DNA of 64,000 nucleotides, from positions 62,001 to 126,000 of the forward strand of contig JAKMXF010000177.1 in NCBI GenBank assembly GCA_024704765.1, read 5' to 3'. A program made the position numbers and the translations under genes. Shown here piece by piece: positions 25,001-37,330 of this stretch (within the stretch, counting starts at the first letter, position 1; the number at the start of each line of letters is the position of its first letter). Below the pieces are notes generated by a model, which made no database searches, had not been told where the DNA came from, and saw only the letters and a list, made by a program, of their open reading frames with translations. Source of the stretch: Oopsacas minuta. Its lineage: Eukaryota > Animalia > Porifera.

Positions 25001-27985
25001 ATGCGGGGTCCATGTTCTCCTATATTTCCTTCAGAAAAAACACCCTTTATTCACACTAATTTGGATCCACATTCTTGGTTAGTTAATAAGAGTTATATTT
25101 ACAACGGGGGGATTGATAATGAGAAATCTTCTCCTAAACTTTCTCGTATAAAGCCAATATTGACTACTACTGATTTCCTTACAAAGTCGAATACTGAAAT
25201 TCATTGTGGTGTTGTTCATAAACCAGGAGGTAATTTATTTTACAAGGATGTTTTTGATAATCGCAAAGATACAAGTTTATTTGAGTTGTATTCACTACCT
25301 AATTTTGACATTCCCAGGTATGCACTCGTATTTGGAGATAATTGTTTGTCTCTCAAAGGTCATATGCCAATGTCTTCTTGTGATGAACTCCCGGTTAAAT
25401 CTGGGGATTTCATGCCCCAAAACAAGAGGTATTACCTTTATCCCAATGATGATTCTGCCACTCGTACATTTAATACCTGCAGTTCGAATTTACAAATACC
25501 AATAACTTCGTTATTGATTCCGATTACTCCTATATATTTAGAGGCCGAGGAATTAGATGATTCTTCACGATGCGAAGATGACTCGAAATTTTTTTGTAAT
25601 TTTCTCAAATCATTTCCAAATTCAATTTCAATTTGGCTGCACCATAACTCTACTATTCTGCAAGTTGATAGAATTCCACCAAACATATATACTCCATACT
25701 CTGCATTTGATTTTGAAGTCTGCCTAAAGTTTTTAGAGATAACATTGTCACAGCATCCAAAAAATATATCCTTCATATCTACTTTTATGTCATTATATTC
25801 TTATAAATATGACTATCAGCAGGTTATCAATAAATGGAATCAATTTTTGTTTATTGTTGTTCACTCTTCTCGCTTATGGAACGAATTTATCAACTATATT
25901 AGTCAATCGTTCGAACATTATTATTTCGAAGATGTAGTTCTTACATATAACATGGCTTTTGAAAGATTGATAGCCATTTGTGAAGGAGATCTGTTATCTA
26001 CCACTCCTGAATTAGATGCTGAAAATAATTTAGTATTTCTTATGATAAAATTCTGTTATTTCCTCAAAAACGCGGGATATCAGGAAAGGTCCCTTTCATC
26101 AATAATTGCCTTGATTGAAATAAATGTCATGTACAAATTGAACGCTCATGATAATAAGTGTTACATTGTTGATAATTTTATCAGTAGTTGGAATCGAGAC
26201 AGTTCAGTTATCTTTAATTGTGTAAATATTCATCCTTACTTGTCTCTAACTCTTTTTGAAGAGCACTTGATTCAACAGGATTCAAATCGCGAGGTTGGTG
26301 GTATTTTTTTCAATGGTAAATCTTGGACAGAAGCTGAACATATCAGAAGTGAAACTTGGTCATTTCTACCTAAATGTCTACACAACAAAGCGGATGCAAT
26401 TGATAATGAAAGGTTAATATGCCATCCTCAACTAACTTCATATTTTTTCTCAATTCATAACTCCGATAACCTTTTTCAACTCTTATTACATACTATGATA
26501 TTGTTTGGAATTCCTATAAGTATGACTTCTCGAGTAAAGAATACATTCTTAGCAGAACTCGGGATGGTTGTTGAGATTGATGCTATTAGTTGGTTATCGC
26601 TATCCCCTCTTCACTATAGTGGAACTCTGATTGTAAATTCTACCGACACCCAGAATTTCATTTATTCGAAAGCCCCTCTCACTTATCACCAAATGACACC
26701 AGTAATCAACATTCTGAATCATATATTGCCTGTTATTGATTTAGAGTATCAAACGATCATATTAATCACTTGGTTTGAGTATGAAATTAATTGCCTTAAC
26801 TTGAATGTTGCTGATAAAGAAATTAACAAGTTTGTCCGCAAACAAATTAAGTCAATTTTGGCTTTAGAGATTCATAAAAATAACCTAGAGCTTTGGAGTG
26901 CATATCTTATACTTCATTCTTATGTATGTACACTGAAAGAAGCATTTAAAATACCCACTAATATTATTTCACAATATACCAACTCTTATAGTTTGTTAGA
27001 GAGATTACTATGCACGCATATTCTGTTATCTATATGTGCAATTGTGGAAGCACGATTTAACGTTTCTTCGTCAGGATTGAAGCTGTATTTTCTGGATTGT
27101 CTTGCCTCAGAGTGCTCCCCAAAGTTTTATGTTATACTCAAATATTTAGAGCAGAATTCCAATCTACCTACCTATTCTTACCCCGAATACATTAGAGTGA
27201 AACAGACTATTTGGTTGTCTCTAGTGTCCAGTTTTGAAAATAATTCTACAATTGAAAATCCCATTATACCTATGCTTTATTCATATTTTTTTCTGCAATC
27301 TGAAATTATTATGCTAAAGCCTCTAGAACTAGAAGCTTATTGCATGAACCTGAAAATTATCAATGATTTTGTTGCTGCCTCTAATATATTCCCTACTCGA
27401 CGAAGTAAGAACCGTATTATGCAATGTATTCTTTATAAAGCTATAATTTTAATAATGAAATATATTGGTCTAAGAAAAATTCCTTACAATCTTGCTAATA
27501 TTATAAATAATTTTCTACTTCCCTTTATGAGCTACAATACATGCCTTTATAGTTTTCTTATGCAATCATATATGTCGTTTAATACAAAACTACTGTTTTA
27601 CACAAATACGACTATCAGTGGATACGTTGGACAACAATTTCGTCTACTTAGCCTAATCACACAAGAGCTTGACCTTTCTTTTAAGCTAAACTTATTAAAC
27701 ATGTTGAAAGGAACTTTTGAAGACGCTTTGATAATAAGTCCTTTTAATTTGATTCTCTTCTTTGGGTATATGGATTTTCTAAATTTTTTTGGATTTAGTG
27801 ATGATATTCGTTCTTTCTTTTTACAAGCTATCCGAAAAGCACCCGGTGTCAAACATTTATACATGCAATATCTTTCTATATTCAGTAAGGACACACAGTT
27901 TGCTCTTTCAACCATGGAAGATAAGGGAATCAGAATATTTTGCCCTATGGAGGAATATCTTCTGTTACACAATACTAAACATTGA
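25001..27985 (+). CDS. NRDE2: NRDE2 orthologue (nuclear exosome/MTR4 regulator, nuclear RNAi and splicing factor), single long ORF, 994 aa
   Basis: C-terminus FFLQAIRKAPGVKHLYM...MEDKGIRIFCPMEE matches the NRDE2 tail (FFYRALQNCPWAKVLY...MTEKEIRVRLPLEE). Also AGYQERSLS, WTEAEHIRS, DNERLI and an N-terminal LFELYSL...DIPRY. The true start is uncertain. Confidence 0.8.
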   Translation: MRGPCSPIFPSEKTPFIHTNLDPHSWLVNKSYIYNGGIDNEKSSPKLSRIKPILTTTDFLTKSNTEIHCGVVHKPGGNLFYKDVFDNRKDTSLFELYSLPNFDIPRYALVFGDNCLSLKGHMPMSSCDELPVKSGDFMPQNKRYYLYPNDDSATRTFNTCSSNLQIPITSLLIPITPIYLEAEELDDSSRCEDDSKFFCNFLKSFPNSISIWLHHNSTILQVDRIPPNIYTPYSAFDFEVCLKFLEITLSQHPKNISFISTFMSLYSYKYDYQQVINKWNQFLFIVVHSSRLWNEFINYISQSFEHYYFEDVVLTYNMAFERLIAICEGDLLSTTPELDAENNLVFLMIKFCYFLKNAGYQERSLSSIIALIEINVMYKLNAHDNKCYIVDNFISSWNRDSSVIFNCVNIHPYLSLTLFEEHLIQQDSNREVGGIFFNGKSWTEAEHIRSETWSFLPKCLHNKADAIDNERLICHPQLTSYFFSIHNSDNLFQLLLHTMILFGIPISMTSRVKNTFLAELGMVVEIDAISWLSLSPLHYSGTLIVNSTDTQNFIYSKAPLTYHQMTPVINILNHILPVIDLEYQTIILITWFEYEINCLNLNVADKEINKFVRKQIKSILALEIHKNNLELWSAYLILHSYVCTLKEAFKIPTNIISQYTNSYSLLERLLCTHILLSICAIVEARFNVSSSGLKLYFLDCLASECSPKFYVILKYLEQNSNLPTYSYPEYIRVKQTIWLSLVSSFENNSTIENPIIPMLYSYFFLQSEIIMLKPLELEAYCMNLKIINDFVAASNIFPTRRSKNRIMQCILYKAIILIMKYIGLRKIPYNLANIINNFLLPFMSYNTCLYSFLMQSYMSFNTKLLFYTNTTISGYVGQQFRLLSLITQELDLSFKLNLLNMLKGTFEDALIISPFNLILFFGYMDFLNFFGFSDDIRSFFLQAIRKAPGVKHLYMQYLSIFSKDTQFALSTMEDKGIRIFCPMEEYLLLHNTKH

Positions 27986-30900
27986 CATGCATTTCTTTTT
28001 TGTATAAATATAAGTGGTCCCCTTGGATTACTGATAGAAAATTCCACATTGTGTGTCTTTCAGAATTCAAATTATTTGTGCAATTACGTACAAACATATC
28101 TATCAAGTGAAATTATTCATGCGATTTCAGACAATCAACTGCAGCTGTATCAAATTATCAATTTGCCATGTTTACGAAAAGCTACCAATGAGATGTCAGT
28201 GTATATAATATTATATTTCGAATCCCAGTGGTTTCGATATCATACAAGTAGTACATAGAGTAAATGAATTATAGATATGTAAAGTTTCACGTTTCTAAAC
28301 TAGTCGCTTCTCAACCCGTGGGCCTCAGAAACGTAGGTAAATGTGCCGCCAAATTTGAAAAGCCTTATGTGAATTAGTTTATAATGATTTAAAGTGCTTA
28401 GTTTTGGTACATTGTACTTGAGTTTGCAGTCCAGAATTTTTTAACATAACTTTACCAGAAACTTTTTGATGTTGCTGACAAGCAACCCTTTTATAAATAA
28501 TTTCTCTTCCTGAAATTATAACGGAACGAGTATAAGAAGAAGCACAGTGGATATGCTTATCTCAGCTTCAACTAGAGGAGTATCAACCTATTTCTTGTGT
28601 CTCCTAGAGTCAACAGATATTCTTAAATTGACATTCTTTGAAAAACTCGTTATCATAATATATACAATGAGTTATACTCTGCTCTCTTCTCTAATTACAC
28701 TAGATGAGATGAGTACAATACTTATGAATCTCCAGCGCATCTTGATTTCGGGCTGGATAAACATATTGCCAACTTCCTCCATCCTAGCGATATAGATTCT
28801 CTTGTACAACACGTTAAACTTTGGAGGATGGCACAATTTTCGCTGCCATCTGTGAATATGGGGAAGATGACAGTAGGGAATATTAATTTGTATCTAATGC
28901 AAAATCATGTAGAATGGAATATAACATTTCTTTATTTACAAGTGAAGCAAATACTGAGTCAGTAATTATTATAATCGATTAACAACTCGTCAAGATATGG
29001 ACCATGTGCATGTTAAAGCCGCCCAAATATTAATTGATGGCGAACTATTTTAAGTTAATACGTATTATACGTTATACGTGAATAATACAACTTATATTTA
29101 TTAGGAGAGACAATATTAAATCTTACTCTTTCGACGTACTAAATATGTTATTGATATTTATCAATACACATAATCTATCTCTACAAACTATTACCAATTC
29201 GAAATAACGTCATCTAATTGCTTAATTAGCTCCTTTGTCAACAAATGCATGTATTAATTCACTAATTTTATAGGTCATGAATCAATAAAAAATTTACGAT
29301 TGTATAATATATCAATGGGATCTATCAATATTTTTCAGGCCAAATATCAAATCATATTTGATAATTTTTGCGTTCCAGAGTTTTTATTGCAAACATAAAT
29401 GCCACATTTTGCTGATATTCATCAATAACTTGACGATGTTTTAATGTTATGGTCCAATCGTGCGGGGAACTAGTTTATACCCGATTTCACCATGTCCTGA
29501 TAATACATTTCGATACGATATCTGGTAATTATGACGCAATCTTGATAATGCGATATATAGTAATATTCATGCTGCTCAATATTTTTTCAAGATATCCTAG
29601 TAGGATATATTATCGGTGTATTGGAAATCTGATATATACTACATGTTTCCAGACGATTTGAGCATAACATTGAACATTGTAAAATTTTTGGAGAATTTCA
29701 AAAAATGTGACATCATGGTTGCAACTATAAATCTGGAACCTGTAAACATCATCAATGAAATTTTGATTTATTGTATGAACGAAGCCATAAAACCTATTGA
29801 CTATATTATGCAATCGTACCAGTATAAATTGATATTAACTGATTTTAGCAACTCGAAAATTGTCCATTAATAGTTGAGAAATTTGCTTATAAAATACATG
29901 AAGTATGATAAATTAATGAAACTAACTAATAAAATTACTTGGTCAAGGCTTCAATAATAAGTAAAACAATTACAGTCCAATTTTCCGCTTACACACACAA
30001 ATTTTCAAATATTACACTAAAAAGCTAGTAATGAGTCATGGCCTATCATAGTGTGACCACATGACCCACATAACCCATCCGAAAAAGTGAACCATGTGAC
30101 CAATTGACAATTCGACATGTGTATTTTCAGAATCAATATTCGACAAAATTGACATAACAACCCGGAGTTATTCGGTTAGACAATGGACGGCACATTTTTT
30201 GCCAATATCCGCCAACAACTTTTCAACCTCACATTTTATTATCAAATTACTTACCCATTATACTTTATAATTGTACTCAACCTTCCATGCACTACAATAC
30301 ATTTCGGCATGTTATTTCTTATTATTATAACGTGATGTTGCATAAATCGTAAATATTAATATTGATAATTGCGTCATTATTATAACACTGGTCAACACTG
30401 AATTTTTTGTTGCCTGAACTAAATATATTGCTTTAGGGGGTGTCAATTATCCTGTTCGCGGAAATATATACTCATCCCGAAATATATACTCATCTGCTCT
30501 CCATCAGCTTTCATTTTCAGATATTGTCTTCCAATTTTCACAATGTTTTGCAAATTTCCGGAGAAATTGAGACTATGGTTCCATCAATTATATGCAGGTT
30601 GGGCCAAAAATATCAGAACCCTGGAATTCAATAAATAGTATAAATAGAGTATCATTGCGACTAATTATTTCAAGGTAGCCTGATATCTCGACGGATTCCA
30701 TTTTTTTGGACCACCCTGTATTTATCCCAAGGTCGGAGGAACCGGTCGGCAGGTCAGGCAATTGCCTGACCATTTTTTAGTTTTTCCTGAACATTTGTAT
30801 GGGGCAGCCTTGAACACTTAACATTTTTACCCGACCACTATTAATTTGCTTCCGCCTGGCTTGTATATAATTGTTCATTGTTAACTTTTTCGTGAAGTCT

Positions 30901-31742
30901 TCTTCATTTTTGCCCTTTTTAGTTAGGCAATTGGCCCGATGGTATTCAACCTATTGGAATTTCACAGATGTCAGACACTTAGTCCCCCAACCACAATAGA
31001 GTTACGGTAACCTAAAATTGGATTATTCCTCACACAGGAATCTAGGGGGCAAAACGAGGGGCAAGGCGTTTTCACTCTTTTAGCAGGAGGCATGACATTT
31101 GGATCTATAATTTTCTATGTGGGTATGACCATATAGCTGGGCTGTGGCTTATTCTGGCTTTGAAATCTTTGGAGCCCATTCCATCTAGTGGGCACCAAGT
31201 TCTATATATGGGACAAGTTATAGTTACTACATTAATTACCTTTCTATTGTCTCGTCGCGTAGGTTTGAACAATTTCTCATAACTGCATGATACACATTTA
31301 GTTTGGAGTATTTTGCGATCGACATTATGCTTTGCTAATATAAAAAAGATGGATGCATGTGGTAATACTAAAAAATAATGCATAGGTACATATATCAATA
31401 CAAGATATATTCCGCTTATATTTATGTGTGATTGCATAATATGAGGTTAAGATGCGGGCGAACCCAGCGAAGAGAGCCGAAATTTACAGTTTCCAATCTG
31501 AGCGAAAGGGAGATGCCCGGGGCACGAGATTTTGCCAACGGGGGCACTGTCCCATATGCTCCCGCGACATCCCTGTCTACACGTATACACACCGGATTTT
31601 GTATTGAATATCTTCAGATAGTTGACATGAATATGTTCTCGAGAATTTCGACTCGCTAAGTATTATCTATGAAATAGCGAAATAATTGTTAGGTCATCAG
31701 AACATTATTGGAAGATGTTGGTAAAAATGTGGCGCTCATGGT

Positions 31743-34575
31743 CACGGGTCTCTCAGAAAATCATATTGATCGAAAAAACGAGGTCCTTGAGATTTTTCAT
31801 GATTCTTGTGTAGAATTTTGCGTAGAATCCGATTCTGTTGCCAAAAAAATATTTCTCACACAAATTTTTGAGTTATTTTATATTTTTTTGTAAAAAAAAA
31901 ATTTTTTAGTTCCCATTTTATATGTTGTCGGGTTGCTAATTTATCATATTAGAATCATCGTTATCACTCATACATTGAATATAATACATCCATCAGTCAC
32001 ATATAGAATAAATTAAGTACTTATAAAATTAACGAAATTAATTTCCTTGACAGCATTTAGTAGGTTTTCGCCGTAATTTTCTAGAGACTCGCTACATTGA
32101 TAATTTCTCCAAACTTTGATGAATCGAGAATGAGCTGATTCAGCTGCCTGCTCTGAAACGGCGCCCAATCCCATACCAACTGGAAGGAATTTGGTGATAA
32201 ATGGGATAACATGTCTGCACACTATATGGACTTTTGTTGAACAATTCAGCCCAGTTAATTTGAATGCTTCTTCAAATTGAAATATCGCCAGTTTGTAATC
32301 ACCTTGTATCTTTTGCCCAAAACATGTCCTCACTACCTCTGAAAATCGCTTTAAAGCAATGCTGGATGAGTTGCTAATTGGAAAACCAATCTGCTCAACC
32401 ATCAATGTAATTTTCCGCATTGCATTACCTTCAAATGCGCCTCCATGATAAGAACTTCGAGATATGTTATTGTGCTTCAGTAATAATTCATGTGTAACTA
32501 ACTCTTCTTCAGACATTGTAGCCACGATCGCATTGTACAACTTCTGACCAACCCCTAACAAAAGATGTAACTCGGGAATATTGAACATCTGCATGTAGTC
32601 AACCATCCATACACCAAGAGCCTCCATATCTTCTACACCATCACAGTCAATCGCATGATTCTTTGAGTCGGAGTTATATTCTTCACACAATTTTTGGTAC
32701 ATCTCTGCATGATGTGCTGATGATCTTGATTTGAATTCGACATGATCCAATCCACTTTTAGCATCCCATACACACCAAATGCATGGGTAACGTCCAAGCA
32801 TAATACCCAGACAGAGAGCAGCGGCTTTGAGATCAAAGGTAAAAGATACGTTGTACTCATGAATAAACTTTTGAATTTCCGGGGCATTCAGTATTATAGA
32901 AAAATTGTAATTATTTTCAGGAGCACTTGATACCCATAAGAAGATTAGATTTCGCACAGAATTTTCCAGTTGTAGACACATGACAAGCTTAGTGAACCCA
33001 CAACCATAATCAAGGCCAAGCTTAAAATTGAAACTGTAAACTGAAGATTCTCCGCTAATGTTGTAGACTTTTTCTATCAGTTTGTCGATGTTGCAACAGC
33101 GTACGACCCAAGTCTTTCTGATATCAGAGGAATACTTCTCTTTGCTCCATTCCAGATCTAATTGGACGCATTCGAATATATCATCACAATATTGTTTCCG
33201 TTCGTCGTAATAGTCCTTCATTGATGGACAGGCCACGCCAGCATCCCTTATTACTTTGGTTACAGCTTTTAGTTGCTTGTTACTCATTGCTCCGCCAGTG
33301 CATTTTATCTGTGCGATGTCAGAGAAATCCATTTTGGGCATTTTGTGTTGAGGTAACTGGTCCAAATTACCAGGAAGCATATGAATTGGATGGCCTCCCG
33401 ATGGTCTAGGTAACGTTATACGCGAGTCCTCACTTGCACTGCGGAATTTTCGTAAGATTTCGGAACATACGACAGGTTCAATAGAACGTTTTCGTGCTAA
33501 CAAAAATTGGCTATTATTTACCAAAGAAGTTTTTGAGCAAGTATGCGGAAATCCGGGACTTATTGTGTTTAAACACTTACTACAAAGGTTAAGAACCTTT
33601 TTGGGAGAGTTGATCGCAGGACGTCCAGGTTTTTCGTGGAGAATTTGCAAAGAAGCACGATTTCTAGGTCCAAATCTCGAACTTTCCATGCACATTACAC
33701 AGGTATTGACTGAACTACACGTATTCAAGCGAGTATTTCGTATAATTGGCCAATTGAATCGAACAGGAATTTCCCTTGAAGTATCATCATGCATTAATCG
33801 ATTAACCAAATAGAGCTTGCAAGTATTGCACAAAACATTTGGCCGATTATCGTCCATCGGATCGATTGGCTCGAAAAACTTCGAATATTGCTCACCCAAA
33901 TGAGTAGAAATAAGGCTATTGTTTTTAATAGTTATCTTCCCAACTTTAATACAACACCAACGACAAATTTTGTCTTTTGCAGACTCGTGCTTACTCATAA
34001 ATACCAACAGTAGAAATAGATATCAGAACAATTATGTATCAGAAAAATTATATAGAAAATGAGTACAAGCATTCTTTAAATAGTTTTTCTATGCAAACAG
34101 ATATTCGTTAAACACCTTTAATTACTAATTATCACTGAATGGAAACTACTTAAAAGTATTCAAAGGACTCGATTAGGTGATTAATGACGTGCAATCAAAC
34201 TATTGTTACTATTGTTAAACTATTCGAACCTGATACCATACAGAAAAATGAATGACATAATAGAATAGAATAAAACCGCAATACTATTGAAAATTCTAAG
34301 TGCATGCAGATGTAAACAACAATGTCTAAGCATATCATAATAATATCTGATTGCCAATGGTGATGCATCTGCCATCGCTGTCATGATGAGAATCTAAAAT
34401 ATTCGAATTGTAAAAAATTATTTTTTTACAAAAAAATAAATTTATCGAAAAAATTTGCGTGGGAAATATTTTTTTGACAACAGAATCGGATTCTACGCAA
34501 AATTCTACACAAGAATCATGAAAAATCTCAAGGACCTCGTTTTTTCGATCAATATGATTTTCTGAGAGACCCATG
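31743..34575 (-). mobile_element. Complete Chapaev-type (CMC superfamily, RAG1/Transib-related) DNA transposon
   Basis: ~160-bp TIRs (31743-~31908, ~34410-34575) starting CACGGGTCTCTCAG / CATGGGTCTCTCAG. 4-bp flanks TGGT (31739-31742) and CGGT (34576-34579). One long internal ORF. Confidence 0.88.
32013..34007 (-). CDS. Intact Chapaev-type transposase (~661-664 aa; first ATG at 33998)
   Basis: N-terminal Chapa-like Cys/His domain (H-x7-CRWC, PNVLCNTC, W...C...CVMC). Core motifs: KLGLDYG (D), TFDLK (D), YPCIWC, ELHLLLG, KVHIVCRHV and GAVSEQAAES (E), collinear with the RAG1/Transib core. No stops. Confidence 0.85.
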   Translation of the reverse strand: MVFMSKHESAKDKICRWCCIKVGKITIKNNSLISTHLGEQYSKFFEPIDPMDDNRPNVLCNTCKLYLVNRLMHDDTSREIPVRFNWPIIRNTRLNTCSSVNTCVMCMESSRFGPRNRASLQILHEKPGRPAINSPKKVLNLCSKCLNTISPGFPHTCSKTSLVNNSQFLLARKRSIEPVVCSEILRKFRSASEDSRITLPRPSGGHPIHMLPGNLDQLPQHKMPKMDFSDIAQIKCTGGAMSNKQLKAVTKVIRDAGVACPSMKDYYDERKQYCDDIFECVQLDLEWSKEKYSSDIRKTWVVRCCNIDKLIEKVYNISGESSVYSFNFKLGLDYGCGFTKLVMCLQLENSVRNLIFLWVSSAPENNYNFSIILNAPEIQKFIHEYNVSFTFDLKAAALCLGIMLGRYPCIWCVWDAKSGLDHVEFKSRSSAHHAEMYQKLCEEYNSDSKNHAIDCDGVEDMEALGVWMVDYMQMFNIPELHLLLGVGQKLYNAIVATMSEEELVTHELLLKHNNISRSSYHGGAFEGNAMRKITLMVEQIGFPISNSSSIALKRFSEVVRTCFGQKIQGDYKLAIFQFEEAFKLTGLNCSTKVHIVCRHVIPFITKFLPVGMGLGAVSEQAAESAHSRFIKVWRNYQCSESLENYGENLLNAVKEINFVNFIST

Positions 34576-35449
34576 CGGTGCACGTCTGAAAACTGGTGTA
34601 TAATTTCAAGAATTTAAGCGATTAACAATAAATTATCGTCCTCTTTTGTCACCTGATAGATGCTGCACTCCAAACACTATATTAAAACTAAAATATTTCA
34701 CTCCAGGCCTTTAAAACTAGACAGCCAACCAAATTTTTTGGAAACAATGATACTTATAATAATTGCATAAACTGATCTAATATAAGAAATACGTCAAATT
34801 GATGATAAACTACAAATGTTATATAGTATATATTTGAAAGAAAATTGTTGCTAAGGTAGTTAGGTATTTACTATTGCGGTTAGCTATTTAAAATAATCAA
34901 AATATGCTTACTTTAGCTCGGTGTAATCGAAATTCCTATGGGTCATACATACAATCATCAATATTTTCCTACTAATTCGACGATGGAGATTCATAAAAAC
35001 GTAGTTAAATTCGTAATTGAAATTTTGCCCAATACGCCATATCGGCACACTGTGCCTCGAGGAGTAATGCGAGGAGTCAAAGGTTCGCACCAGGTAAAAC
35101 GAAACTAAGAAGGCCTGAAATATGATTAATCATATGATAAAATCATGTAGATATAGATTAAAAATGTCTATATTGAAATTTACATATTCGATGATCCCTT
35201 ACTAGTAGTTAAAACGAAATCACTCCATGATATTGAATAATATACAAAAATGTGTGAAAGTATGATTATTATTCATGTGCTAAATCAGGAAATTAATACT
35301 TTCAGACTCTAAAATTTTGTAAATCCGACTCTACCACCCAAATTTCCCTGACAACATGTTGAAACCTAATTTCTTGCTTGCTTTTGTATTTTACAAAGAA
35401 CGGTGTGAAAATATAATCAATCACCAAAAAGGTGTTAGGCAAGCTACTC

Positions 35450-36720
35450 TCTTCTGGAGATAGGAAAGTTTGTCAAGCAGAGTCAAACCACATGAAGTCC
35501 AAACAGTATTTCTATAATCCATAAGTGATAGTATTTTTGAATGATGTAATGGAAGAATTGCAGATATGTGCTGTAAATGTCTAATCTTCTACAAATTTTA
35601 GGGAACAAATTGTTGACATGAGATTTAAAAGATAAGTGGGAGTCAAAAGTGAAACCATTATCTTCGCCTCAATAACTATTTGAAAGATCGAGCCATTTAA
35701 AGTCATTTTATAGTTGTTCGTTTTGTAACGACAAGCAGGCTGGGAAGAAAAGAATAATGTATAGAGACATTTATCGCTATTTATGATAAGTTAATTATTA
35801 GAAGCCCAATTAGATATTCTATCAAGATCATCATTTAATTTGTTATCAATCGATGAGATATCCTTATCAGTTAGGAAATGATTGTGTCATCTGTAATTAA
35901 CTAGATACTAAACTAATCAGGATAGATGGAGATCTTAATAAACAGGAGAAACAAGAGTGGTCCTAAAATGGGCCCCCTGTGGTATGCCAACTTTGACTGT
36001 GCAAAGAGTAGAAATAGAGCTATTATAATTAACTATTTGGGTTCTAGACAAAAGATAATTTTGAAATTAGGCACGGGAATTCCACAAAATTTTGTACAAT
36101 TATATTTATCCAGAAGTGTTGAGTGGTCCACTGTATCGGAGGCTTTCTGATAATCAAAACAGGTCACTCTTGTGGCTTGTTGATCATTGAAGTTGGTAGG
36201 TACATCAGAATGAAATTTGGTCAAAAGTGGAAGTAGAGATGTCGGAACCCTGATTGGCATTTAGAGATCAAGTTATTCGCTGTTACGAAGGAATATAGTA
36301 AACGTGAATCACTCTTTCCAGTAACTTGCAAGCTACTGGTAAACTAGATATAGGTTAGAGCAATTGGTGGCATCACCATGTTTATACATAGGAATTCATG
36401 AAGTAGAGTATTATACGAGTAGAAAGAGAATGATTCATCAGTTTAGATAGAGGAACTGAGAGGACTGATACACCACATTTCAGAATTTTTACGCAAATTT
36501 CATCAAGAGTTGAGAATAAATTATCCCGTAAATTGGAAATTAAAGAGGCAATAAGTTGGGGAGTAGTAGAAGGTGGTTCAAAAGCAGACGAAAGATTAGG
36601 GAAGAGGGTAAGGTCATAATACCTATTGGATGAGTAATGTTACGTACAATTTTTCATAAGTCTAGGATATTATTGCCGAAATTCCTGTGCTGGTAGGCCG
36701 CCACATTCGCTTGGATAATA
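35450..36720 (-). pseudogene. Degenerate non-LTR retrotransposon (CR1/L2-like) reverse transcriptase
   Basis: FDYQKASDTVDHSTLLDK, GIPQG-PILGPLLF and (L/I)TDDT motifs in order on the minus strand. Many stops. Confidence 0.75.
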
Positions 36721-36787
36721 CCCTATTGATGTTGGACAGTTTCAGTTTTAATTCACCCTAAATCTCGGGAGAAAGATCGGTCTATAG

Positions 36788-37330
36788 CAGTGTTATCCAA
36801 CCTATTTTCCTCCAGGGCCAAACAACTCAAGTCCAACTGTTTTCGGGCCACACACCCAGAAAAATATTACGAGTTTGATAATTTCCTTGATTTAATAAAG
36901 CCAAAATAGCTTATCTGAGAAAAATACATAAAAGGGCTATGGAAGTCATAATCAATAGCACCATAATTATGATGAGGCATCGAAGAAATCTTTTGACTTT
37001 TAGTTAGTAATCTCGGCACTTCGTGCATTGAGTATTAAAAATATCTCAAAAATATTTTTTGGACAATCATGATGGCGTAACAATACCATGATGAAGCTGC
37101 ACCTTTAATAAATTACTGACGTCAGAACATTTGGCATATAGAGAGAATCTGTAACTACATTTCAACATCTAACCTATTTATTGACTGAGCATTAATGTGA
37201 TTTTTGAAAATACTAAATGCTGATAATTACGTCATATTTCTTCATAGGTGTAAACTTTCTCCCAAGACTCGGTCTTATCCGAGCCAGGGCCGAAATACCT
37301 CTAGGTTCCAAAATATTTCTTAGGAGATTT
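36788..37330. mobile_element. hAT-like remnant
   Basis: Terminal CAGTGTTATCCAACCTATTTT...GGGCC typical of hAT ends. Internal sequence is degenerate. Confidence 0.35.

Noticed and set aside
31708-31893. ORFs 31708-31893 and 34335-34583 as duplicated small genes
   Set aside because: They are translations of the two Chapaev TIRs.
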